Below the pieces are notes generated by a model. It saw only the letters and a program-made list of their open reading frames with translations. It made no database searches and was not told the origin of the DNA. This document shows, piece after piece, positions 7,924 through 17,439 of a stretch of 53,558 bases of DNA. Position numbers and translations under genes: made by a program. The DNA is from Promethearchaeota archaeon (GTDB lineage: Archaea; Asgardarchaeota; Lokiarchaeia; Sigyniarchaeales; SOKP01). The DNA is taken from positions 1 through 53,558 of the forward strand of contig JABXKD010000014.1 in the NCBI GenBank assembly GCA_013375475.1, given 5' to 3'. Position 1 is the first letter of the stretch. Each line of letters starts with the position of its first letter.

Positions 7924-10425
7924 TTATATCGAATGCGATTCTCGAGCTATTATTTCGTCTTGCAATTCCTTACCAATGGCGTTGAAATAAGCGTTATAGC
8001 CCGTGATTCGAACTAGGAGGTTGGTATACTTTTCTGGATGTAATTGGGCGTCCTTTAACATTTCTACATCGAGCATGTTGACTTGTAAGCAAGTTCCTCC
8101 GTTTTCAATGTATCCCCTCAAATAGGATTTAAATTTTTCTTTATGCTCTGGAGTTTTAAGAATTGCGGGATTAAATGTTATCGTATGGCTTGCTCCGTTA
8201 GGCAAATAGTTAATAAATTCTCCATCTTCTGTTTTTCCGCCAAGTGCGATACCCACCGAATTTGTAACTGCTGTAGGACCTTTAAGATCTGCTCCATTTG
8301 ATGGGCAAATCGCGTTTGAGAGAAAGGTTCCCTTTCTTCGGCCATTTGGAGTGGCTATAGTCAAACTGGCGTCAGCTCCTGCCCAATAATTCCATGATAG
8401 CATTCCAGGTCGAAATTGAAAATCAGTGGGAGTTTTATATTTCCACGTTTCGTCAGCCCACACTTCCATTACTTTTTGAGCTAATTCGTCAGCGTCATCG
8501 ACGTCGTTTCCATATTTAGGCGCTCGATTTTTTAAGATTGTTTGAATCACAGCGTATTCTTCTCCTTCAAAATCGTTAATCAAGGCATTTTTAATTTGGG
8601 ATATGGTGTATTTTTTATCGTCGTACACAAATTTTTTAATTGCCAATAAAGAATCGACAGTAGTAGCAAAACCCACGCCCTCAATAGTGATAAATCTTAA
8701 CTCAGGACCACCACATCTGATATCTAATCCTTTTTCAATGCATCCTCGAGTTAAAGTCGATAAGTATGGAGTAGGGAAGTATTCTGCTCTAAGAGATTCA
8801 GTTAAATTATATGTTTCTACAGTGTACTTAATGAGAAATTCTACTTGTTTTTTCCAAGCATTCCAAAATTCATCCCAAGTGTTAAAATTATCAGAATTGC
8901 CTGTTTTCGGCCCAACTTGCTCGCCCTTCTTGGTAGCGACATCATTACCGGGCATATTCTTCCCGTTCCAAAGAGTCAATTCAATGCTTTTCGTTAAGTT
9001 TGGGTTACAATTAACGGTGCCAGATCTATCGTTTCCTTGCATTGTATTTTCTAAACATCCAACGCAAGCGTAATCCCAAGCGTCTTCGGGAGATATTCCT
9101 TCTGCAATCATTCCGGCTATACTTCTTTCATCGAAATTTATAAGAAATGGTGCACCTTGAGATCGAGAAACCATGTCGACTATGGTATTTAACAATTTTT
9201 CGGGAGAATTCCTATGAAGTCTAATGTTTGGTTTTGGTTCTAGGATGGGAGACCACTCGTCAATAACTTCCAAAATGGTGTATGTTAACTCGTTAGTTAA
9301 ATCTTCGCCGTTGGGCCCACATCCACTAAGAGTCATCAATTGTCCGAACGCCGCAGTAATACCCTGTTTTCCTACTCTAATTTGTGCGTCATAGGCAGTA
9401 TTACAATGAAACCAAAAACTACCTAAAATATCTTTTGCTAATTCTTTTGAAATATTTTTTTCATCAATTACATCTTTTTTATACAAATCCCAGAGGTGTT
9501 GATCAGTTCGACCAAATGAAGTGCCTGGCCCAGGATAAGATTCTTCGGCCATTATTAGCATATGAGTTAACCAAATAGCTTGAATCCCTTGCCAAAATGT
9601 TTCAGCAGGCTCCCATGGAACCCTTTCAAGGTTTTTAGCCATCTGTTCTAATTCTTCTACTCTTCTAGGTGTGCTTGCTTTTTCTTTAAGTCTCCTACAT
9701 TCTTCAGCGTATTTTTTTGCGAATTCTCTTGGTATTTCCGAAGCTTCTAACATTGCTCTTAATTCTTGACCTTTAGAACTATTTTTTTCTCGTTCTGGTA
9801 ATTGTTCGTACTTAGCTTTTATTTTTTCATGAATATACTTAAAGCCTTTTGTAATTATGGTTTCGTGATCTGGGATAAGGTGACCTCCCGTTGCTCCTGT
9901 ATTTCCAAACCCTGATTGATGAAATTTGTAAAATTTATGCCTAGTACTCAAATTTTCTTTCCAATATTTTTTAGTTTCTTTTTCAGTCAAACAATCGCTC
10001 AATTGAGTGTTAAACCTACCGCCAGCAATTAAATCGTTCTCAGATATGATCTCGTGCGGTACGTAATCGAGTATTACTGTTTTAAAGAATTTAACCTTAC
10101 GTTCGGGTAAAGATAAGTCCCAGAATCCATCAGGTAAAGATACTGGAATAGCCACAGACCTCAAACAACCCTCAAAGACTCCCTTACCTTTATTTCCTAT
10201 GTAAAAATAAATCTCAGGAGTCACATAATAATCAGTTTCGCACCAAACTATGTCCCAATCAGTGTCCGTGGTGAAGGACATGTACTCGTTGTTCCATTCA
10301 CGTTTAACTCCTTTGAAGTAATAATTCCTTAACCATTCTGATCTTTTGGATAAATGGTGAGGCTGAGCGATATTATATTTTGGTTCTTCTTTCTTGGTTT
10401 CTTCTCTAAGTTTAGAATTGCTCAT
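7924..10425 (-). CDS. Glycyl radical enzyme (PFL-like family, substrate unknown)
   Basis: C-terminal Gly loop LLVRITGYNAYF, Cys loop ACVGCLE, PKYGND, SFGRTDQHL. Confidence 0.92.
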   Translation of the reverse strand: MSNSKLREETKKEEPKYNIAQPHHLSKRSEWLRNYYFKGVKREWNNEYMSFTTDTDWDIVWCETDYYVTPEIYFYIGNKGKGVFEGCLRSVAIPVSLPDGFWDLSLPERKVKFFKTVILDYVPHEIISENDLIAGGRFNTQLSDCLTEKETKKYWKENLSTRHKFYKFHQSGFGNTGATGGHLIPDHETIITKGFKYIHEKIKAKYEQLPEREKNSSKGQELRAMLEASEIPREFAKKYAEECRRLKEKASTPRRVEELEQMAKNLERVPWEPAETFWQGIQAIWLTHMLIMAEESYPGPGTSFGRTDQHLWDLYKKDVIDEKNISKELAKDILGSFWFHCNTAYDAQIRVGKQGITAAFGQLMTLSGCGPNGEDLTNELTYTILEVIDEWSPILEPKPNIRLHRNSPEKLLNTIVDMVSRSQGAPFLINFDERSIAGMIAEGISPEDAWDYACVGCLENTMQGNDRSGTVNCNPNLTKSIELTLWNGKNMPGNDVATKKGEQVGPKTGNSDNFNTWDEFWNAWKKQVEFLIKYTVETYNLTESLRAEYFPTPYLSTLTRGCIEKGLDIRCGGPELRFITIEGVGFATTVDSLLAIKKFVYDDKKYTISQIKNALINDFEGEEYAVIQTILKNRAPKYGNDVDDADELAQKVMEVWADETWKYKTPTDFQFRPGMLSWNYWAGADASLTIATPNGRRKGTFLSNAICPSNGADLKGPTAVTNSVGIALGGKTEDGEFINYLPNGASHTITFNPAILKTPEHKEKFKSYLRGYIENGGTCLQVNMLDVEMLKDAQLHPEKYTNLLVRITGYNAYFNAIGKELQDEIIARESHSI

Positions 10426-10642
10426 TTATAATGGCACATCAATTTTTTTTTGTAATATGAAAGTCGAAGTAAATAATTGATTATATTTAATCTTAAATCA
10501 ATAATAAATATTCAAATTATATCATATAATTTCCGATCTTTTCTAATTTAACTAACATTATATAATTATTTTTAATTTAGAAACCATTTAGTTAAATTAT
10601 TAGCAGCTTTTTTTCTTAAACAGAAAGTATTAAGGGTTTTTT

Positions 10643-11590
10643 ATGGAAACACAAGATTATAAATGTGAAGTTCTAATAATAGGAGCGGGGGCTGCGGGAT
10701 TAAGTGCAGCCGTTTATTGCGGTAGAGCAAATAGAAATGCGATTGTATTAGAAGGAAAAGAGCCTTCCTCTCTAACCAAATCGCAAGAAGTTCAGAATTG
10801 GCTTGGTGAAATTGATACAACAGGGTTGGGACTTTTGAAAAAGTTTAAAAAGCACGCAGAAAGCTATGAAAGCGTTACAATAATGGATGGGGATGTAATT
10901 GCCTTAATGTTAGGGATGGGAGTGAATATGATTTCAACAAGAACGGCAAATATCACTGCTGACGTTGTGGTTATTGCCACGGGCACAGGGCAACGAAAAG
11001 AGGTCATAAAAGGGGAAAACGATTTACTTGGATATGGTGTTTCCTACAGTGCATTATACGATGGATCGTCATACAAAGATAAAATAGTTTATTTATACGG
11101 AAGAGACGAAGAAGTGATGGAAGATGCTTTAGTTCTAAATCAGATGGGATGTATAGTCCGTGTTATTTCTGATGTGGGAATTGATGAACTACCTGAAACG
11201 GTTAATAAAGTCAAAGATGGTGGTATCGAAGTGATTGAGAAAATGAAAGTAATTGAAGTAGTTCCAGATTCGGAGGGTATGATTCAAAAAATTATATGTA
11301 AACCGACTGAATCTGAATCAGAAGAAAACGAAAAAATTAAGGAATTTGAATTAAGTTGCTTATTTATTTTATCTCATATATCTTCTAATTCAATATTCAA
11401 AAAGGCTGGAGTAGAATTAGACGATATGCGAAATATTAAAGTGGATGACGAACAGAAAACAAATATTAATGGAGTTTATGCCGCTGGAGATTGTACTGGG
11501 GGCCTTTTTCAAGTTGTTTTTGCGGCAGCAGAGGGTGCACGAGCAGGAATAAATGCTTGCAAATATCTTCGTCACCAACAAAAAGAATGA
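10643..11590 (+). CDS. Thioredoxin-reductase-like flavoprotein lacking the CxxC motif
   Basis: GAGAAG, IATG and YAAGDC FAD motifs; GVSYSALYDG where TrxR has GxSYCAxCDG. Confidence 0.85.
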   Translation: METQDYKCEVLIIGAGAAGLSAAVYCGRANRNAIVLEGKEPSSLTKSQEVQNWLGEIDTTGLGLLKKFKKHAESYESVTIMDGDVIALMLGMGVNMISTRTANITADVVVIATGTGQRKEVIKGENDLLGYGVSYSALYDGSSYKDKIVYLYGRDEEVMEDALVLNQMGCIVRVISDVGIDELPETVNKVKDGGIEVIEKMKVIEVVPDSEGMIQKIICKPTESESEENEKIKEFELSCLFILSHISSNSIFKKAGVELDDMRNIKVDDEQKTNINGVYAAGDCTGGLFQVVFAAAEGARAGINACKYLRHQQKE

Positions 11591-11697
11591 ATTTATAGAA
11601 TTCATTTTATCAATAGAAATATGAAAAAAAATTTAAATTATTAATATGATTATTATGCGTAATTTTAATTATACCTACAAAAAAATGGAGATTAAAA

Positions 11698-12642
11698 TTG
11701 TCTGATAAAAACGAATTTGATCTTGTAATTATTGGTGGTGGCCCTGCAGGATTAACAGCTGCAATTTATGGGGGGAGAATGGGTTTAAAGACTGCTCTTT
11801 ATGAATGCAAAGCATTTGGAGGTTTAGCTGGAACAGCTCCCAAAATTGAAAATTATCCCGGATTTGAGAGCATCAATGGACTTGAATTAACAGAAAAGAT
11901 GAGGAAACAAGCTGAAATATATGGAACAACCTTTTTTTATAATGAAGTCTCAGCAATCAATCCGAAAGAACTGACTGTAACTACAAGTAAAGGTGAAACA
12001 AAAGCAAAATCTATAATTATTGCTACTGGTTCCAAGCATCTAACACTTGGATTGCCTAACGAATATAAGTTAATAGGGAACGGAATATCTTACTGTGCTA
12101 CTTGCGATGGACCTTTATTTCGAGATCAAGTAGTTGCTACAGTTGGTGGTAGTAATGCCGCGGGTCTAGAAGTAATTTATCTATCAGGTTTAGCAGAAAA
12201 AGTTTATCTTATTCATAGACGGCATTGTTTGCGAGCAGAAGCATGTATTGTTGATGAGGTTGATTCATTACCCAATGTTGTACCAATGTATAATTGTACT
12301 ATTGAAGAAGCTATACCTAAAGATAACAAATTAGGAGAACTAAAAATAAAAAATATTGAAACCGGTGAAATAAGTAATATAAGTGTAAGTGCTCTATTTA
12401 TTGCTATAGGTGTTGAGCCACAGAGTGATTTAGCGAAGAGGGCAGGGATAGAACTTGATGAGGATAATAATATTAAAGTTGATAAAAATCAGGAGACTAG
12501 CTTTCCTGGTATATATGCGGCAGGAGATGTAACAGGTGGAATACGGCAGGTAACCACTGCTACTGGTGAAGGAACCACTGCAGCTATGAATGCCTATCTC
12601 TTCATCAAACAAGGTTGGTATGGAGAACGAAAGAGTAAATAA
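11698..12642 (+). CDS. trxB: Thioredoxin-disulfide reductase
   Basis: GGGPAG, IENYPG, GISYCATCDG, GGSNAA, HRRxxxR, YAAGDV. Confidence 0.93.
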   Translation: MSDKNEFDLVIIGGGPAGLTAAIYGGRMGLKTALYECKAFGGLAGTAPKIENYPGFESINGLELTEKMRKQAEIYGTTFFYNEVSAINPKELTVTTSKGETKAKSIIIATGSKHLTLGLPNEYKLIGNGISYCATCDGPLFRDQVVATVGGSNAAGLEVIYLSGLAEKVYLIHRRHCLRAEACIVDEVDSLPNVVPMYNCTIEEAIPKDNKLGELKIKNIETGEISNISVSALFIAIGVEPQSDLAKRAGIELDEDNNIKVDKNQETSFPGIYAAGDVTGGIRQVTTATGEGTTAAMNAYLFIKQGWYGERKSK

Positions 12643-12708
12643 ACAAAATTATCACCTCTCTTAATTTTATAGGACAATTAATAAAAAAATATAATTGATA
12701 TTATCTGC

Positions 12709-12732
12709 ATATTACACCGTATTATGTAATAT
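12709..12732. promoter_or_regulatory. Perfect 8-bp inverted repeat ATATTACA-N8-TGTAATAT upstream of the recombinase gene
   Basis: Read directly; ends 21 nt before the ATG at 12754; function inferred. Confidence 0.4.
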
Positions 12733-12753
12733 CACGATGTTATTTTTTCTATT

Positions 12754-13683
12754 ATGGTAGATTATAAGGTATCAGATTTTATCGATGATTTTCTAATTTC
12801 AAAGGAAGTTGAGGAGGGATGTGCGCCCTCAACTATTAAAGCGTATCGATACGATCTTGAAAAATTTATAAGCCTTGTAGGAGACTTAGCTCTTGAGTCT
12901 CCAATGGTGCGTCAGAGAGTTAGATTATTTTTAAAGCAGCTGAAGGATTTAGGATATACTAAAAAAGGTGTAAGCCGAAAAATAGCCACCTTGAGATCTT
13001 ATTTTAAGTTTTTGACACTCAATGAATTTATAACTAAAAACCCTATGAGCACAATAAAATCTCCCAAAATAAAATTAGAAGAAAGTCTTCCCAAATTTCT
13101 TGATATTTCTGATATCGAAGTAATTTTTAATAAGTTAAAAGACCGAAAATTGTTTAACTCCAGGAAGAGTCAAAGATATTATTTAATTGTAAGGCTCCTT
13201 TATTCTACTATGGCTCGTGTAAGCGAATTGTGCGATATTAGGATAAGAGATATTGATTTTAACAAAGGCTACATAAGACTAAAGGGTAAAGGAAGCAAAG
13301 AAAGAATTGTGCCCGTTGATTATAATACATTAAATCTTTTTAACGAATATCTAGGTAATCGAATATCGTACAGTACTGAGGATTATCTCTTGGTAAACAC
13401 AAGAAATCAAAAATTAAATCCGCGTGTAGTCCAGGCAGATATAAAATCAATAAAGGAGAAGTGTGGTTTCCCCGTTTCTAAAATTATAACGCCTCATGTA
13501 TTTAGGCATACTGGAGCTACGCATCTTAGAAGGTCGGGAATGGATATTAGTGAATTACAGGATATTTTAGGGCACAGCTCTCCAAATACAACTCGTATCT
13601 ACGCCAAGAATGATATAACCAAGTTAAGACAGTCTTATTCTGTGATGCATCCATTAAATAATGATAACTTAAAACTGCGGTAA
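12754..13683 (+). CDS. xerA: XerA/XerC-D family tyrosine recombinase
   Basis: N-terminal SAM-like domain (STIKAYRYDL, LRSYFKFL); catalytic R (ARVSEL), K (GKGSKER), HxxR (TPHVFRH), LGH, Y (TRIY). Confidence 0.88.
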   Translation: MVDYKVSDFIDDFLISKEVEEGCAPSTIKAYRYDLEKFISLVGDLALESPMVRQRVRLFLKQLKDLGYTKKGVSRKIATLRSYFKFLTLNEFITKNPMSTIKSPKIKLEESLPKFLDISDIEVIFNKLKDRKLFNSRKSQRYYLIVRLLYSTMARVSELCDIRIRDIDFNKGYIRLKGKGSKERIVPVDYNTLNLFNEYLGNRISYSTEDYLLVNTRNQKLNPRVVQADIKSIKEKCGFPVSKIITPHVFRHTGATHLRRSGMDISELQDILGHSSPNTTRIYAKNDITKLRQSYSVMHPLNNDNLKLR

Positions 13684-13831
13684 GTAATTAATTATAAAAC
13701 TTTTATAACATCTTAAGTCAATTATCTATTAATATTCTAGTAAAAAGTTTAAAGTATAAGAAAGTTTAAACTTAATTTGTTCTATAATTACTTATATATC
13801 ACTAAAAATTTCAATTAGGAGCAAGCCAATC

Positions 13832-15025
13832 ATGGACGAAGATGATTTTAGAAAGCCTTTCATGCAAAAGTCAGTTTTTAAGCAAGCCAGCTCGCTTGAT
13901 ATGAGCTATTTACCCGATAAATTGTATTGTCGCGATGAAGCAATAAAAACCTTAATTTTCAACTTTAGAAGGATTCTTGATGAAGAAGAGCAACCTTCGA
14001 TCAACTGCTTAATTTTGGGAAAAGGAGGAGTTGGAAAAACTTGTACCGCGAGATGGTTTGGTAAAAATTTCAAAAATGTTGCCTTGGAAAAAGATGTTTA
14101 CTTGTTTACAGAGTATTATAATTGCATAAATTTTCGCTCAAAAAGTAAGATAATACGTGAACTTTTAGCCAAGCATACACACGGAAGTGGTAGGGGCTTT
14201 TCAGATGACGAAGCACTCAAACTAATTCTGAAACAGTTAATTAGAGAAAAGACCTATATGTTGTTAGTTATCGACGAAGTTCATCTATTAAAACCAGATG
14301 AGATTTTAGCTCTTTTAGATATAGCTGAAACGTACGGTCATCAGAACGCAAAGCTATCAATAATACTAATCTCCAGAAACAAAGATTGGATGAGAATTGA
14401 AACTGAAAGAATTTTAAGTAGATTAAACGAGAAGATTAAGCTTAAACCTTATAAGTACGAAGAATCAAAACAAATTTTGGAATATAGAAGCGAGCTCGCT
14501 TTTAAAGAGTATGTTGTAGATGATGATATTCTAAATATGGTTGGCCAGATTGTTACTGATCATCAAGATATGCGTCACGGAATCGAGATTTTAAGAAAAA
14601 GTGGTCTATACGCTGACAAAGAAGGATTAGATCGGATAAATGCAGACATTATTAGAGGGGCTTCAAATGACGTGTATCCCACATTTAGAGCAGAGATCGT
14701 GGATCAACTTAACGATCAAGAACTTTTTGCATTATTTGGAATTGCTAGATCCTTAATAAATAAAGACGAACCTTTTACATTGGTTGACGAAGCTTTTGAA
14801 GAGTATCAGATAATTAGCGAGACATATTCAGTAGAACCTCACGTTAAAATGAGCTTTCGAAAATATATACGAACGCTTAACCAGTTAAAGATTATCGCGT
14901 CGAAAACTGTCAGAATCGAAGAGGCAGAGAGAGGAAGACATTTAGAAATTACACTATTAGATATCCCCGCTGGCAAATTGGAAGAATTTTTAATTGAGAT
15001 TTTCAATAAAAAATTCGGTTCATAA
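13832..15025 (+). CDS. cdc6: Orc1/Cdc6 replication initiator
   Basis: YLPDKLYCRD, Walker A GKGGVGKT, YNC, Walker B LLVIDEVH, RILSRL, PY...IL.YR, C-terminal wHTH. Confidence 0.92.
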   Translation: MDEDDFRKPFMQKSVFKQASSLDMSYLPDKLYCRDEAIKTLIFNFRRILDEEEQPSINCLILGKGGVGKTCTARWFGKNFKNVALEKDVYLFTEYYNCINFRSKSKIIRELLAKHTHGSGRGFSDDEALKLILKQLIREKTYMLLVIDEVHLLKPDEILALLDIAETYGHQNAKLSIILISRNKDWMRIETERILSRLNEKIKLKPYKYEESKQILEYRSELAFKEYVVDDDILNMVGQIVTDHQDMRHGIEILRKSGLYADKEGLDRINADIIRGASNDVYPTFRAEIVDQLNDQELFALFGIARSLINKDEPFTLVDEAFEEYQIISETYSVEPHVKMSFRKYIRTLNQLKIIASKTVRIEEAERGRHLEITLLDIPAGKLEEFLIEIFNKKFGS

Positions 15026-15175
15026 GTTCCGTTCCAAATCCATGACTAGATTCGTTCTATTCTAATATTTTAGGTACACTTTTTAAGAAACAGCAGAAAA
15101 TATTAAACACACCTTTAATTCAATTATCTAAGGGATATTTTTAACACTTTTACTTAACTCTAATATAAATTTTTT

Positions 15176-16168
15176 ATGGAAAAAAAGAAAGTTTTATTAA
15201 CTGGAGCTTCTGGCACAGTTGGTAAAGAAGTATTTAAAGAATTGTTAAAGAGGACCAATCATTACGAGATTAGTTTATTTCTAAGAGGATCGCGTAAGAA
15301 TAAAAAGCTATTCAAGCGATACATGGACAAAATTAGGATTTATTGGGGGAATATACAGAATTTTGAAGAAGTCAAAGAAGCTGTGAATGAGCAAGATGTT
15401 GTTATCCATGTAGCAGGTGCTTTAGCAGATGTAGCATTTAAAAATCCTGAAGTTGTAGTTTCCACAAATGTAGACGGTACTCAAAATGTAATAAATGGTA
15501 TGGAAAACCAGATAAATCCTCCCAAACTTATCTTTACCTCCTCCGTTGTCGTTTATGGTGATCGACGGGAAAACCCCACCATTAAACTATCTGACCCAAT
15601 AGATGAAGATACGAAAGATCTATATGCCGCTACTAAAATTAAAGCTGAAAGCCTAATTAAAGAATCTAATCTTGAGTATTGCATTTTTAGAGTTACTTTT
15701 GTTGTCGCGACAGAAGTATTGAAATTCAGACCGATTATGTTCTATATTTCTCTAGAAACAAGTGTAGAGGCTATCCACTCTAAAGATGTTGGGTTAGCTT
15801 TAGTTAATGCCATAGATTCGAAAGAGGCATGGAACAATACTTTCAACTTGGGGGGAGGAAAACAATGTCAAATGTCATATCGAGATAATATGGACAATAT
15901 TTTTGAAATTATGAGCTTTGGAAGAGGATTCTTGCCTGATGAAGCCTTTTCAAAAGAAGATTCTCATTGCGGTTTCTTTGACGAGCAAGAAACAAGCTAC
16001 ATTCAGAGCATTTTAAGGTTTCAGAATTTCACTTTAGAGGATTTCTATAAAGAAGTTAAAAAGTGGATTGGGATAAAGAGATATTTGATTCCACTAGTAA
16101 AACCAATTCTACGATGGTTTATTCTCCGGAAATCTGAATTTTATCAAGACTTTAAAAACAAGAATTAA
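15176..16168 (+). CDS. Extended SDR, NAD-dependent epimerase / 3-beta-hydroxysteroid dehydrogenase-like
   Basis: TGASGTVG, VIHVAG, TNVDGT, TSSVVVYG, YxxxK (YAATK). Confidence 0.85.
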   Translation: MEKKKVLLTGASGTVGKEVFKELLKRTNHYEISLFLRGSRKNKKLFKRYMDKIRIYWGNIQNFEEVKEAVNEQDVVIHVAGALADVAFKNPEVVVSTNVDGTQNVINGMENQINPPKLIFTSSVVVYGDRRENPTIKLSDPIDEDTKDLYAATKIKAESLIKESNLEYCIFRVTFVVATEVLKFRPIMFYISLETSVEAIHSKDVGLALVNAIDSKEAWNNTFNLGGGKQCQMSYRDNMDNIFEIMSFGRGFLPDEAFSKEDSHCGFFDEQETSYIQSILRFQNFTLEDFYKEVKKWIGIKRYLIPLVKPILRWFILRKSEFYQDFKNKN

Positions 16169-16194
16169 ACATAGAAAAATTAAAGAAATTCAAC

Positions 16195-16953
16195 TTAATA
16201 TACTAGTGGAATTAACGCTCTTCTGTTTTTAGGGTAATCCGGGAAAGTTTCAAGATACCATTTATGATGAGAAAGCGCTCGAGGTGCTAAATTGGCAAAT
16301 GTCCAAGCAACAAATACTAATCCTGGAAAGGACCAGGTTAATATTGCCCATCCCACCCACTCCGTAATCTCTCCAAAATAACTCGGACTACTCACCCACC
16401 TGAACATACCTCCATAAGGTATTTTATACTCAGTCTCTCCGGGTTTGCGTAATCTTCGAATAATGTTATCTGAATGAAGATTGATTATTATACCAATTAT
16501 AAAAATGCTCGCTCCAATTATAAAGAAAGGAGAAAAAATCCATTCGTTCGGATAAAGTGCTGATAAAGTATAAATCCAGCGAGCTTGTAAATAAGTATTA
16601 ATCCCGTTGAAAATAAATCCAAAAGATATGATTGTCAATGGCATTGGTTCTTTTCCTCGAATTAAGAAAGGAAAGATAAATGTTCGTTGCCCATAATGGA
16701 CCATCCATATGATTAAAAAGAATATAGAGATAATACTCGTTGTTCTTCCTCCTATAAAATATAAAATAAGAAAAATTACAACAGTGGGAATTTCCATTAA
16801 AAACCAACCCAGTTTATTATTAATGTTTGGCCCCCACCCTTTCCTAATATGTTGGCCATAAGGGGCTGATATAAAAAAAAGAAGAATAAAAACGCCAGCT
16901 CCTAGGATACCAAAGAATATCATAATAAAATTGAAAATTGCAATTTCACTCAT
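16195..16953 (-). CDS. Steroid 5-alpha-reductase family protein (SRD5A1/2, DET2-like)
   Basis: APYG, GWFLME, HYGQR, HSD..LRKPGETEYKIPYGGMF, YFGEITEW, NLAPRALSHHKWY, DYPKNRRALIP; multiple TMs. Confidence 0.92.
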   Translation of the reverse strand: MSEIAIFNFIMIFFGILGAGVFILLFFISAPYGQHIRKGWGPNINNKLGWFLMEIPTVVIFLILYFIGGRTTSIISIFFLIIWMVHYGQRTFIFPFLIRGKEPMPLTIISFGFIFNGINTYLQARWIYTLSALYPNEWIFSPFFIIGASIFIIGIIINLHSDNIIRRLRKPGETEYKIPYGGMFRWVSSPSYFGEITEWVGWAILTWSFPGLVFVAWTFANLAPRALSHHKWYLETFPDYPKNRRALIPLVY

Positions 16954-17054
16954 AATATCCCCAATTTTCTAGTTAGAATAAGAAAAATTTTCTCACTTAA
17001 GAAGAATTTAAACTAACTTACAAGAATGATTTGTAGGGTAAATTAAGGAATCAA

Positions 17055-17285
17055 TCAATAATTCTTTTTTTCGTCCTTACTTTTACTGTACCAATCAAGC
17101 CATTCTTTTCTTTTGTTTTTTGCTTTCTGTACCTCATCTGCATCAGATCCCCGTTCATCTCGTAATTTACTCCAAGTGCGATCTAATTCGTAACGAGATA
17201 ATGACAACCCACATGAACTACATACCATAAGACGATTGTCGGGGTTGTATTTCATATTTCCAGCACATTCTGGGCAACGAGCCAT
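17055..17285 (-). CDS. Small zinc-ribbon protein
   Basis: CPEC...CSSCG followed by a charged helix; 76 aa. Confidence 0.7.
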   Translation of the reverse strand: MARCPECAGNMKYNPDNRLMVCSSCGLSLSRYELDRTWSKLRDERGSDADEVQKAKNKRKEWLDWYSKSKDEKKNY

Positions 17286-17439
17286 ATTTTATTCTCTTAT
17301 TTGTAATTTTTCTTATCTCTAATTATAATAGAATTAAACACCGTTAAAATAATTAATGCAAATCAGATAATCTCTAAATTTATTTTTAATGCTAAATTAA
17401 GTTAATAATACATTAGATTATATTTGTTGAATTAATTAG

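Noticed and set aside
11588-11645. TGA ending the CxxC-less TrxR read as selenocysteine
   Set aside because: No Cys-Sec style motif; readthrough gives only a short AT-rich peptide; no SECIS-like hairpin seen
12754-15025. Provirus or integrative element around xer-cdc6
   Set aside because: No att repeats, tRNA, capsid or conjugation genes; flanks are housekeeping genes of similar composition
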